This document shows positions 24,994-37,915 of a stretch of 64,000 nt of DNA, one piece after another. The notes under the pieces were generated by a model. That model saw nothing but the letters and a program-made list of their open reading frames with translations, was not told the origin of the DNA and searched no databases. Positions within the stretch are counted from its first letter, which is position 1, and each line of letters begins with the position of its first letter. The stretch spans positions 100,192,001 through 100,256,000 of the forward strand of contig OX597816.1 of the NCBI GenBank assembly GCA_951406725.2, read 5' to 3'. The position numbers were made by a program, and so were the translations under genes. Source of the stretch: Octopus vulgaris (taxonomy: Eukaryota).

Positions 24994-27900
24994 GTATGTT
25001 GAGTGCAGTTAAGTTGATTACACATATGTGTTTCAACATATATTTACATGATATTGATTCTGGGGCATCAGTTTCCTGTCTCAGTGCTGAATTTGTGCAC
25101 CACTTAGTCTCCGTAACTTGGAAACTGCATAACACCCATTAGAAAAAGAATTCTAAGTCATGTTACATCACCTCCATTCAAAAGTTTTGTAGCTTTTGTT
25201 TCTTTATTGTTAAAAATTATTGTTATTTTTTTGATATTACAATAATCATACTCTTTCATTAACACAGCAGTATGAAGTGATCTTATATTTAAAATATATC
25301 AGAAAATTGTTTCTTTTTTATATCTTTATATTTTTTTAATCTTTTTTATATGCCAACAAAAGCATTAATGCAATATCAAATATGTAATAACTCCACTCAA
25401 GCTCAGAATCAATAAATCACAATATCACTTAGTTGGTGTTTACAATCTTTAATAGATAAATTAGAGTAAAGAACTCATTAATAAATGATACCATGGAATT
25501 TTAGCTCACCTCTTGAGGTATTAACTTCCATTAAGTTTGAAAATCAATGGAAGAAAATATCTAGGGAAATCCACTCCAAATGCAAAAGTAAACCCAAACA
25601 GTGCAAAAAGGAACTCTTTTGATAGGAATCTCTTTCTAAAATGTGGTTAAACTTTGTTTCTCATGCAGAAGAGTGTTTAGCTTCAGTTTTTGTCTCCAAA
25701 CAACAACACTCAAACTGCAGTTTTGTGTAGTGTTGCAGATATTTGTTGTATAAGACTTTAACAGTTAAAATATAACTGTTTGATCTAATTATGTCATGTA
25801 GGTAGTGTAAGCTACCTATCATTTGCATACCATAAAGCAATCGAAAGGCTACATCTTGCTATTTCTATTTATCTGATGTATCTATTAGTCTAATGGCCAG
25901 TTAATCTGCTGAGACTTGCAGTTGAACAAATATTGCATACTTCTTGTGGGCTTTGAGTATGCAGTATTGAACTCAAATGAATCAACTTCTTTATTTTGAG
26001 CTAGGCCACTTATGAAATGTTTTATTTTTGTTGTCTGTTAATTAGTTCTTTGACATGATGAACTTTTATTTTACCTCCTGATACTTTCCTGTAGGTTCTG
26101 CAATATAAATTTGGTCATCACAACATAATTTTTTGCAAGGACATCCAATTTTGAGCTCTTGATTATAGTCAAAAGATGACTACAGGGGTATACTCTTTTT
26201 ATATATTTTGTATTCTTCACATTATTCGTTAGCTAATCTTAACCGTGTGCATAAAAATTGATTTGAATCACTGATACAAAATTACTCCCTCTTGTGAGAC
26301 TTATTTTTCATCCTTCTGTTTAGTTCTAAAAATTGGTTGCAGTGTGTATTATATGGTATATGAGGTTGGGCAGATAGGCTAATGAGAAGAAGAAAGGCAA
26401 GTCTGTGAGTAAGCTTAGATGGAAGCAGTTCTCAGAATGTTTAAAGGAAAGTTGGGTAGAAAAATATACTATGAAATAAAGTAGTTGGATGCTATGTTAG
26501 TGAAGAGGGAAAATTTTGAACTTATCCATATAAATATGAAAAAAGGAGATATAATACCAATGATAAAATTATCTTCAATAAAACATTAAACCATTATTGC
26601 AAATATTGCCAAGCTTTTACTTTGTTTATAGAAAATAAAAATATTATTTGCTGTATTTTTCATTTGATTGACAAATGGTCAGAATATATTATCACTCAAA
26701 GTTGGGTAAAAAAATAATTATTGCCTGCTGTATTGATCTGAGATGGAGGTTTTGAAGATATATTGATATTATGTAAAGTATCAAATATTTACAGGTATTG
26801 GAATTAATACATGGATTATTTAGTTCTTTTGTTGTTGTCAGATATCTTTCCATTGCTTATTTTTTTTATTATTCATCATATAAATTTATAATAATCATGT
26901 AATTTTCGTGATGTGGTAAAGAAACAAATTGCAGTTCATAAAGTAGACAAAAACAAAAATAGGAATAAACTATATTGCTGTTTAAGACCAATCTGTTAGT
27001 TTTACTTCTATTTTAACTGCAAACCCTAATTCTAAAGCTTCTTTATCAAAAGGAAATGTTTTACAAAGTAATACTTAAATGATTCAAGTTATGTCTATAG
27101 ATACATTGCTTCAGAAAACCGACTACTATGCATATCCCAGTTTTTGAATTGGTACACCATATCTTGCTGTTATAAGACTACATGAAGTAGCATCTTCTCA
27201 ATGTTTGTATATGTAACACATTGACTTATTATTTATCAATTACTCTATCAGTTGCAAGGTATTGATTTAAGTCCATACAAAATTTGTAATGCACACATTG
27301 ATTATTTAAATACTCTCTAGTTTTACTACATATACTGTAGCTAGCCATTTTTACACCAGAAATCATTAAAATCCATCAAATTTTCCTCACTTTGTAATAC
27401 CTCATTAAAATCAAACAAAACAATTTAATCAAAATAATTTGCTGAAGTCTTTTAAACTGAGAATCAGGAACTGTATGCTATTTGTCTTGTATTCAAGTTC
27501 TTTTCTGTTATAGACATTTAAAAGAAGGTTTTGGAAAAAAGTCCACAATGTATTTACTGTAAACAGATGTAGATATATAATAATCTTTTAAATTGTATGT
27601 CTTAATTTATTAAACCAGTATATCATCTGCATTGAAGTTGCAAGTCATGTCTGTTGCTTATTTAAATAAAACATCTGCCCACTTTTTTTTTTCAATATTT
27701 ATATATATCAGATATTAAAACTGTGCTTCTACATAAAATACTATAATCCAATTGAGTTACAACGTTTAGTAAGAAAGTCATACTTGAAATCAGTTTACTT
27801 TTTGATATCAGAAGATAATTAGATAATCACTTGAAAATAAATAGATGAAAAATGCTTTTCTGCTTTACTTGACTGCCTTTAAATATTTATCATCCATACT

Positions 27901-28036
27901 GCAATCAACATTGTTGTTGTCCACAGTATAACTCTTATTTAAATTTGTTTATATGATTAAAATAATGCCTTTGCCTAGCATTATTTTACTTTCAGTTAGA
28001 TTATAAATCTTGAAACTTCTCACACTTTTATGACAA

Positions 28037-28195
28037 TCATCATCATCATCATCGTTTAATGTCTGCCTTTAATGCTGGCATGGGTGGGATGATTTGACAG
28101 GAGCCTGCCAGGTAGAAGCCTGCACAGGACTTCTGTGACTGTTTTGGCTGGATTTTTACAGTTGGATGCCCTTCCTAACACCAACCGCCCTACAT
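28037..28195 (-). mobile_element. Family A short copy
   Basis: (CAT)nCGTTTAATGTCTGCC..GGATGCCCTTCCTAACACCAACC. Confidence 0.75.
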
Positions 28196-28278
28196 ATTTT
28201 AATACTGCAATCTCATTTGTTTATAGAAAAATGGTAAGGTGTCTGGGAGAATTAAAAACATCCATCTAGAATGAAATT

Positions 28279-28660
28279 CATCATCATCATTTAACGTCTG
28301 CTTTCCATGCTAGCATGGGTTGGACGGTTCAACTGGGGTCTGGGTAGCCCGAAGGCTGCACCAGGCCAGTCAGATCTGGCAGTGTTTCTACAGCTGGATG
28401 CCCTTCCTAACGCCAACCACTCCGAGAGTGTAGTGGGTGATTTTATGTGCCACCGACACAGGTGCCAGATGAGGCTGGTGAACGGCCACGCTCGGATGGT
28501 GTTTTTTATGTGCCACCGACACAGGTGCCAGACGAGGCTGGCAGACGGCCACGCTCGGATGGTGTTTTTTATGTGCCACCGACACAGGTGCCAGATGAGG
28601 CTGGCGAACGGCCACGATCGGATGGTGTTTGTTACGTGCCCACAGCACGGAGGCCAGTCG
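28279..28660 (-). mobile_element. Young family A copy containing a 63-bp tandem array
   Basis: Family A block plus ATGTGCCACCGACACAGGTGCCAGA at 28445, 28508 and 28571, with a partial fourth unit near 28634. Confidence 0.88.
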
Positions 28661-29402
28661 AAAAAGAAAACTGTTTGAAATTCTTTGCCAAAGTTTAGGA
28701 AGTAAACTTCAACCAGGAGAAGGAAGACCTTTTAATTAAAATGATGCTTTCCATTAAGAAGAGAAAGGTAGCTATTGTATAGGAGTTAAACAGAAACCAC
28801 AATGGTTCTGTAGACAAGCAAAGTTCCAGTCAGAAAGTGAACAGCACTATGGTGCAGTAGTAAAGTGGTTTGGGGTATTAGTGCTATATGCCAATACCAG
28901 AAAAGATAGAAGACAGGTAGTAGCAAGAAGTAATAGAGAACTAGAGAATATAAAATATATGCCATGAGAATCAGAGGTATGAAGTATTTTAGATCCTAAA
29001 AAAGGGAGCTACATATGACTTTTAATGTCATTAAATATGCAATTTCCCCTCTGTGATAATGAAAAGAAAGAGATGTAGAAATGTTTCTATTATGAGAGTT
29101 TATTGAGTAAATTCATAAATTACTATGCAAGTTAATTGTATTCAGAAGCATCAGAGAAGGGTGGTTACAAAAGTTTACTTCAAACTGATAGAACAAATTT
29201 TGAAAAGAGATGGGAGATTTAGCAAAAATATTACAGGATAGAGCTAATGTAAGCAGGTTAAAATTGCATGATCATGGGACCTTTTATATAGTGATGACTT
29301 CATAGCAGTCTAGGGAGGAAATTCATTAAAAAATTACAGTTACAAACATGAAGTAAAGGTCCAGAGCTTAATTTAATGAAAGTCAACTTTGCAAACACTT
29401 AA

Positions 29403-29622
29403 CCCATTAAGTTTCAGAGTACTTAAATTTCTGAATATTACTTTTAAATTTTTACAGATGATTGAAAATAGGTTAAAATGGAAAAAATAATTATTAAAAC
29501 TCCTTTACTTCAAGTAGAAATGGAAATACTCGGTGTCCTATAAATAGGACACTGAGACAACACGATATGGCTTATATGTTCTCATTTAGTGTTCTAGTTA
29601 TAGGACAGTGGTACTTAATGGG
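29403..29622. mobile_element. 220-bp TTAA-specific (piggyBac-type) MITE
   Basis: TTAA|CCCATTAAGT...ACTTAATGGG|TTAA; internal palindrome CTCGGTGTCCTA-TAAA-TAGGACACTGAG. Confidence 0.85.
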
Positions 29623-32387
29623 TTAAGTGCTTGTTAGTAAGGAAGTACACAAAATGCCAGTTTGATACAGGAAAATGGTCTTGCTTTATTTGAGGAGATA
29701 AAGTAGCTAGGAACTCATTACTGTTTACTGAATGTAAATAGTATATGTGCAATAGATGCAGCAAGATCTTTCTTTGAAAGAAGGTGGGAGAAGGCAGGGG
29801 GTCATAACTTTAAATGCTCTGGGATAAAAGAATGGTTAGAAGTATGAACTTTTAATAAATAAAATTTTCAAATTTCTTTGACAGTTTGGTAGATTTAATA
29901 GCTAACTCCTGTGCTGAATATAGTAATGGGGAGTGTAGAAGTTTGAGTAAGTAAAAGATGGAAGTTTATCTCTGTAATGAAGTGTTTCTCACACTTTGTT
30001 AAGGGAAGACTGTATGAAGAATTTGTAATGAGACATGAACATTGAATACAGGAGATAATATTTGAATGGAGAAAATGAATAAATAATGATTTTTTACATA
30101 TTTAACACAAACTTGTTTGAAACAAGAGGATAAGTGAGTTGACTGAGTAGCTGAGTGTTAGAAAATTAGTGGATGTATGTAGGAAAGAAAATTGTCCTTA
30201 ACTGCCCTTATTAGAACACATAATGCAAATTAATATATGGTAAAGGAAGACTGAAGTATAGAAATATGGTGAGATTAGATCTCACAAGCAAAATGTTATA
30301 GTATCAAGGCAAGTTAGTAATATAATGTGCAGTTTACCTTGATATGTATGGGAAAATGGCAGTTAAGATAATTTCAATGATAATGTTTCAAAGAATTTAA
30401 TGATTATTTGTATAGAATATTTATATTATTTTAGACTTCATGAATTTACAAACTTGCATTCAAAATAAATACTCTACACTGAAATGTTATTTGTCAATGT
30501 TGACATTAACAAGGAATATACAAAGTTAAATCAAACATTAGTACAGACATCATACTTGCTAAAATTAATCCCACTTCTAAAACAAAATTTATTTTTTCTG
30601 TATCTGTTGTATTTTATTTCATTTTGTTTTATCAATCTCTTTAGTATTATGCTTTGTTTATATAAAATTTCTGGGTTTATTGTTAATTTTACAAATATAC
30701 AAAATTTTAAATATGATGGTTAAAATATGACTTGATTTTAAAAAACATTTGGTTAAGAAAGCATTACAAATAGAGTTTTACTTTTTAGTCATGTCTTCTT
30801 GACAATAAGTTTTCATGAAAATTAGAGGTTGACATGTATAAAAAATAATGTACACAAATTTTACACAAAATTCAGTTTCAGTAAAATTATTTGAGGACAA
30901 TTCTAGAACTAAACAGAGTCTATGCTTATATGTTAAATCAGGTATAGATGAAAAGGCACATTATTTATAGAGCTTGATCAAAACGAGTATCCAATAGGAC
31001 TTAAACCTATGTACTCATGCAATCTTACAATTCCACTTCTAAAAGTCTTATGAATTTACCTCAATAGGATCATAGCTTTGATCTTAGGAGATATATTATC
31101 CTATGAATTATTTGTTTCCTTTCATCACTTGTAAAGTTTTGATTTATTGATTCAATATGCCATCGAAATGCCCTAACTCATGATTAATGAGTCACATCTA
31201 ATTTGCCTGGCCAGCTAAGCAATATATTAGTAGCCTCATATTTGATGTGTACATTACATGATTGAATTAAAATCTTTGCAGTCTTCCTAAAGAATGTGTT
31301 TATATTTTTAAATTAAAAGTCTCATATATCTAGAATATATTTGAACTGTTACACAAATAAAGTCCATATTCCATTTACTTTGAATAAAGTAAAATTGGCA
31401 GATATTGAAATGAATTAGGCTACCTTCATAGCTACATTTGAATAAAATGTTTAAATATTTCAACAAAGGTAGAAATCAATTTAAATTAGGGTAAAACATA
31501 CTGAGCTGCTCTTTCTAATCAACACATAAATAGGGAACAAATGTTAAATAGATAGATTGATTGCAATTCTAATCCCTTGTCTGTTTTAAAGCAAATTTAT
31601 TTAAGCAATGCAGCTTATTGTGTATGAAAGCAACACTAATTTGAGCAATTACTAATCGAGCAATGATAATGTTAATGAAGCATTGCATTCACAAAGACAT
31701 CTACATCTGTAATGATAGAAGAATAATTGATCAAAGAAAAAAACATTTATACTTCTTTCCTTCTTGACATTTTCTTCATTATAATCAAGTTGCTTATTTT
31801 TTACATGAAATTCTATGTTTTTTATACATTTCTATGTCAGCATTTTAGAATTCCAGTATGCCGTCTTTGTGTTTGTTTCTTTTCTCAACAAAGGACATAT
31901 TTTCAGATGAACTCTGTCATAGTGTTTAATTTTGTGCTCCTTTACAGTATGCACAATATTTATGAAAATAAAAGACAGCTGTGGAGCTTGCTACTATTCT
32001 TGAAGTCACAGATTAAACACTTTACACAATAACTGTTTACCTATATATATAAAACTGAGAATGTGTGTCTGTCTGTCTGTGTATCTATATGTGTGCATCA
32101 CTAAAACTTAAGAACTACCCAACTGATTTTCTTCAAATTTTACACATGCCTTATTTTATGGTCCATGCAATGTCATACATGAAAAGAATTAGCAACTTTA
32201 TGCCTAATGCAAGCCAGAAGCAATCTCTTATCTCTTACACTATTTCAGTATTATGTGTCAAAAGTAAAACAATACGATCTCTATTGTATGTGAGATAATA
32301 CTTTCACTGTTAATACTGAAAGTATTAAAAGTGAAACTATTATCTCACATATATAAATGTATATATATATATATATATGTGTGCGTT

Positions 32388-32428
<41 letters not shown>

Positions 32429-32491
32429 ATATATATATATATATATTACATATATGTATATATATTATACATATGCATAGATATATATATA

Positions 32492-32912
32492 TCTTTTACT
32501 CTTTTACTCGTCTCAGTCATTTGACTGTGGCCATGCTGGAGCACCACCTTTAGTCGAGTAAATCGACCCCAGGACTTATTCGTTTGTAAGCCTCCTACTT
32601 ATTCTATTGGTCTCTTTTTGCTGAACTGCTAAGTTACAGGGACGTAAACCAACCAGCATCGGTTGTCAAGCGATGTTGGGGGGACAAACATGGACACACA
32701 AATATACACACACACACACACACATGTACATATATATATATATATATTTATGATGGGCTTCTTTCAGTTTCCGTCTACCAAATCCACTCACAAGGCTTTG
32801 GTCAGCCCAAGGCTATAGTAGAAGACACTTGCCTAAGGTGCCATGCAGTGGGACTGAACCCGGAACCATGTGGTTTGTAAGCAAGCTACTTACCACACAG
32901 CCACTCCTATGC
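32492..32912 (-). mobile_element. Family B SINE nested in Helitron
   Basis: Reverse complement of the 21759-22194 element along its length. Confidence 0.9.
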
Positions 32913-33214
32913 CTATATTATGTATATGTATATATATATTATGTATATGTATATATATTTTATGTGTGTGTATATATATATATATATATATTAGGTATGT
33001 GTATACATATGTTATGTATATATATATATATATATTTATTTATGTATGTGTGTATATATATATATATATGCAAGAATATTTCCTAAGTGTACCACAGGAA
33101 ATAGTGCAACGATTGTCATGGGTACTGACTAAGCTGAGCTATATACCCTCACACAGGACTGCCACAATTGATGGACCCCGGTTGGCCACCACCAGCACGG
33201 AAGCCCCCACCATT

Positions 33215-33391
33215 GGTTGACAACTGATGTTACTGTGTTTACATCCCTGTAACTTAGCTGTTTGGCAAAACACACCGATAGAATAAGTACTAGGCTTATA
33301 AAGAATAAATCCTGGGGTCGATTTCTTCGACTAAAGGTGGTGCTCCAGCATGGTTGCAGTCACATGACGAAAACAAGTAAAACAATAAGAG
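33215..33391 (+). mobile_element. Family B SINE 3' half
   Basis: TTGACAACTGATG..CCGATAGAATAAGTACTAGGCTT..GCTCCAGCATGG matches 22019-22190. Confidence 0.85.
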
Positions 33392-33714
33392 AACTATGCC
33401 ATTTTAATCCCGAGCAACACCAGATATCTCTGCTAGTCTTCAATGTAAAATGTTATAGAGTTTAGAACTTTTCATTTGATTCTTTTTGAATTTTATTAAA
33501 TTGGAATTTTGTTTAGAGTTTGAAATGATAAATTATTCTAAACTATTGTATATTCTACTAAAGATACTGCTATGAGTATGAGGTTATTAGCATAAAAGAG
33601 TTCCCAAATGTAGCTGGTCTTAAATTACTCTGTTATAGCTTGAAGGAGTATAATGAATAGGATAGGACTGAGAATTAATCTCAGATGCATACCATCCTCT
33701 GCTCTAAATTCATC

Positions 33715-34245
33715 ATTGTACTTATGTCTAACTCTCACCTTACTGACAGCACCCCTGTACATAGCTTGTATGGCTTTCATCAGCCATTTATCTACCCCTA
33801 GCTTCCTCAGGGAGCACTAGAGGATGTAGCAAACATTCTCCAGATCAATGAATGCCAAGTACACTGGATTACTTTTTAACTTAAATACTTCTGTAGTTGT
33901 TTCTTTAGGGAAATGGCATTAATAGTACTTCCCCATGACACAAAACCAAGCTGCATCTCTTCTAGTCTAAATAATCAGGCTATAACTTCCTCTGTAACTT
34001 TTATGACATGCTTCAGTAATTTTATGTCTCTGCAATTACTCCTATCTAAGGCAGCTACTTTATCCTTGTAACAGCTGACTAGGATGCTACTACATTAGTC
34101 ATTGAAAGGGTATCTTCCTTCATACCTTAATTAATTATACAGGTGGCTCAGCTGAATCCTACACTGCCAACTATTTTAAGCATCCTGATAGACCAGAGTT
34201 TTTCCCTGGCTTCATAGCCTTAATTGATTTATCCATCATACTGTT
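33715..34245 (-). mobile_element. Decayed RTE LINE RT fragment
   Basis: Reverse complement similar to 63340-63870 (e.g. CTCACCTTACTGACAGCACCCCTGTACATAGCTTGTA; CTGCATCTCTTCTAG). Confidence 0.8.
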
Positions 34246-35461
34246 TTTGTCTTTCATGTCTCACACCCTAAGCCTATACTAACTACTTTATCCACTCCTC
34301 TTCCCAGAAAATCAACTCTAGAATTTTCTACTAGCCTTACAATCATCAAACTAAAACCTGTAAGCTAAACATCAACCATAATGATTTAGTTCAGGATCTG
34401 TAAAGATCATATTCACTGTCCCTTCTCTAGAGTATGATATGAATGTTTTTTTTTTATGTCCAACCAGCACTCTTCTAATTCTACTTTTTACCTACTAATA
34501 ATGTTGAGGTGTCATTGGTGATAATTATATTATGATGTTGTAGTTTAAGATTTTATTCAAAACTATCCTCATTTCATTTACTGTGTCATTATGCTGAGCA
34601 CTGTTTAATTTGCAATCGAAAAATGTTTTTTCATTTTTATTAGTTGTCATATCTTATTGTTTTTGTCATCATTATTATTATACCAATTATCATATATATT
34701 CACTTAGTTCTATAAGTGTTGGCAGCTATGAGAGTGTTTACTTTATCTTTACAGTAATTGCTTTCTTTGATCCCATAAAAATTTACAATATGTCTACAAC
34801 ATCTTTTAAGGATGACAGTAAACATAGAATTATTTGTTTGTAAATGAAAATATTTTAGCATCTATATCATTTAAGTCTGTCTCACTTTAGCTGGGTTTAA
34901 GATTCTATTTGTAACTTCACTTAACTGTGCATATCAGCTTATTGATGGTTGGAATTTGCAGTGTCAGATTAGGCTGCAGATTTAAGAGAGAAGATAGCCA
35001 CATTTACTATATCATGGTGATAAACTCATCTTGGGGAAGCATTCATTAGCTTTCAGACTCATTATCATCATTAGTATTGTTAGGGGAATTAATCTTGGTT
35101 CCTCAGTCTAGTGGTTGATCTCATCTATCTAAAGTCTATATAACCTAATAGTTTAATTATTTCCATGCAAATGAATTCGTGTTTTAGCCAAATTATTTTC
35201 TTCTTGTTTTAGCTTGGAATAAAAATTTAAACAAATTTTAAATTTTATAGAAATTATTGGTGTAAGTTCTGTTGAATTTAAGTTCATGATAATTTTATTT
35301 CAAGTTTTGACAAGTAAGTTGTTGTGACTTCTTTGAGCATGCACAAGTAACATCAGTGAACCAGTCCTTCAAAATTTTTCACATGAACTAACCAGCCTGC
35401 ATGTTTCTCAACAGCTGCCATTGAACTTCATTTCAAAATTATTTCTGTTCAACAATACATT

Positions 35462-35468
<7 letters not shown>

Positions 35469-35498
<30 letters not shown>
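35469..35498. repeat. (AC)n microsatellite
   Basis: Read directly. Confidence 0.95.
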
Positions 35499-35500
<2 letters not shown>

Positions 35501-37569
35501 ACTAAGTTTATCCAAATGAAATTATCACTTACAATGCTATAAAGATTTTGATTAAAGACTTCACTCAATATTTCAGTCAGTTAATTGGGGTTTAATTAAG
35601 TCATTAAATGTTTTGTTTAAAACATCTGTTTAAATGATTGCAACAAAGTTGAGTAATTGTTTGCCCTTCAATGCCTTTAACAATGTAAGCACTCAGAACA
35701 AAAACACAATTTCTGCATATGTTCACAGAACTTATGAGCCATCCATATGTAGTAGAAGAAAATTGGCATTAAGATGATGTTGATAATCTTCCAAATATAA
35801 ATGTATGCTGAGTTTCTAATGTTGAAGTTTTTCAAATTACATTTATCATAGGTGCATAGAATTATTATTTTATCATTTTTTAAATTTGAAATGAATGTGT
35901 TCCACTTAAAATCTACATCATTGCTACAGTTATTAATACTATAACTACTACTACTGCTTGATTATATTTTAGGTTAGTAGTGATATATTTAATGCTTTAA
36001 ACATTAAAAAGCTAATGCCATTTTCCATTCAACGCAAAAGTAGAAGACAGTTCCTGACATTTTTGCCTTATATTCTGACCTCGTCACTGAAGCATAGATC
36101 TCACATTACTTACCAAATAGAATATGAATTTATCATTTTGCAAATATACAAGTTGTACATTTCTTGGCATAGAATAGTAGAATTCTTTGGCGATTAAATA
36201 ATAGAGATGCAGGCTATGGGAAAATAAAAACTAAGTTAAGGATAATTTATTTAAAGCATTGATCATTTGAAAATTAAAAATGCAGTGATTTAAAAAAATG
36301 AATATTAGTTTTTATCTAGTATCATTTGCATTTTCCTATCAGATATAGGAAACCACACTGGAGCCATTTAATCTGTCAAGAATTTTATTTTCATATGTTT
36401 ATCCAAATGAAATTACTTAGTGATTCAGTCCTCATATTTTCAGCAACTTCAAGGAGGGTTATGTTTTGCTGATGAGGTTGAATTTATTCTGAGGTATAGT
36501 TCAAGGTAACTTAGTGGTGATTTGTGTTGCTAAAAATTATATAGTGAAATTTGTGAGTTTGGTAGAAAGAAATAATCCTTTGGCACAACATTTTGAGGAT
36601 TACCAAACTGGTTTACTTAACTGATATTTTTTGGCATTCTTAATGATTTAAACATGAAACTTCAAAGAAAAAGTAGCAATACTGAGTAAAAAGGTTATTC
36701 TATTATTATTTCCTTTTGCAACTGCTTACTTATGTGAACTGGGATTTTCGACATTAACTCAATCAAAGATGAAGGACACAAGCAAGCTCAACACTGCGCT
36801 TGATATGCATATAATATTGTCTTCTTCTGTTCCCAACTGGAATCAGGTGCTTATGAACAAACAAGAACATCAATCTCATTAAATGAATTTGCCAAATATC
36901 ATTTACTTTACCTTATGTTGGAATTTCTTTTAAATTTATTTTTCTAAAAATAATATTTTTACATTCATACAGATAGAAAAATACAATTCATTGTGTGCGG
37001 AATATAAGAAATATGCATATAAATTGTCAATGCTAAATAAATGAACCTGGTGAATAGAGTTTGTCTTTGATTTATTACATGTAGGTATAACAGATCGCAA
37101 TGCAAAATGTGGTTCTTGATGTGGTTGCAACAAAAACAGTTTGAAAAATGCTGGGCTAGACTATATTAGGAAAACTTGAGAAATAAAAGTAGTTCGTCTG
37201 AAAGAACCTCTGAAGTACTGTATATTTAATGTTTAATTTGGAGTGTAAAGTACTTAACAGCTGCACTTTGGAAAATTGTCAGTCTTATAGATGAAGTCTC
37301 TGTATGATGCATACTTTCAAATCTGTAGTAAATGCATTAACTGGAACTTGAATCATGTTGGTGTATTACTACAAGTCTACCTTTTAGACATAACTGCTTT
37401 TCTTCTGTCATTATGGTTTTTCAATTTTCTTCACTAATATTTATGATTGTTGAGAGAAGCATAGCATTAGCTAGAAAAGAAATAAGAAAATAGATTGCAA
37501 GTGAACCAATATAAATCTTTTCCCCATAGTTATTAACTACAAATGAGAAATACGTCTATATTTCAGTTA

Positions 37570-37915
37570 GACTCGGTAGAAATAGTAGTCAAATCTCCAT
37601 CACACTATGCTCTACTGTCTAATTTATGCATGCTTGAGTCAATAAAGTAAACCTGTATATAGTAGCTAAACCTGAATGAAATAGCAGTCATCTCCTTAAA
37701 GCCACTCTTCATTGATTCATGTATGCATATATGTATGTATAGAGCAACAAGAAAGAACACTTTGTTGTTTGATTGATCTGCTAGAAATAGTGACCAAATC
37801 ATCCTCTAATTATGTTTTGTTGTTTTATGTATGTCTATACATATGTGTGGAAGAAGATTTTACATGTTATTTTAACCTGCTAGAAATAGTAATCAGATCC
37901 CCTTCAATCCCTTGC
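37570..37915 (+). repeat. Degenerate approximately 100-bp tandem repeat, 4 units
   Basis: GAAATAG-containing motif (CCTGCTAGAAATAGTA..CAAATC.CC-like) at 37579, 37678, 37784, 37883. Confidence 0.6.

Larger units (their letters stand above)
32040..33436 (+). mobile_element. Non-autonomous Helitron-like element carrying nested SINEs
   Basis: 5' A|CCTATATATATAAAA followed by (TGTC)n; 3' decayed hairpin CCCGAGCAACACCAGA, then CTAG|T. Confidence 0.7.

Noticed and set aside
28307-28698. CRISPR array, or repeat-protein ORFs in three frames
   Set aside because: Units are near-identical with no unique spacers, no cas genes are present, and the array lies in a eukaryotic retroelement; the ORFs arise from the 63-bp period.
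28700-30400. Purine-rich stretch, possible antisense CR1/Jockey-type LINE remnant
   Set aside because: Only a faint SFIP-like motif; too decayed to call.
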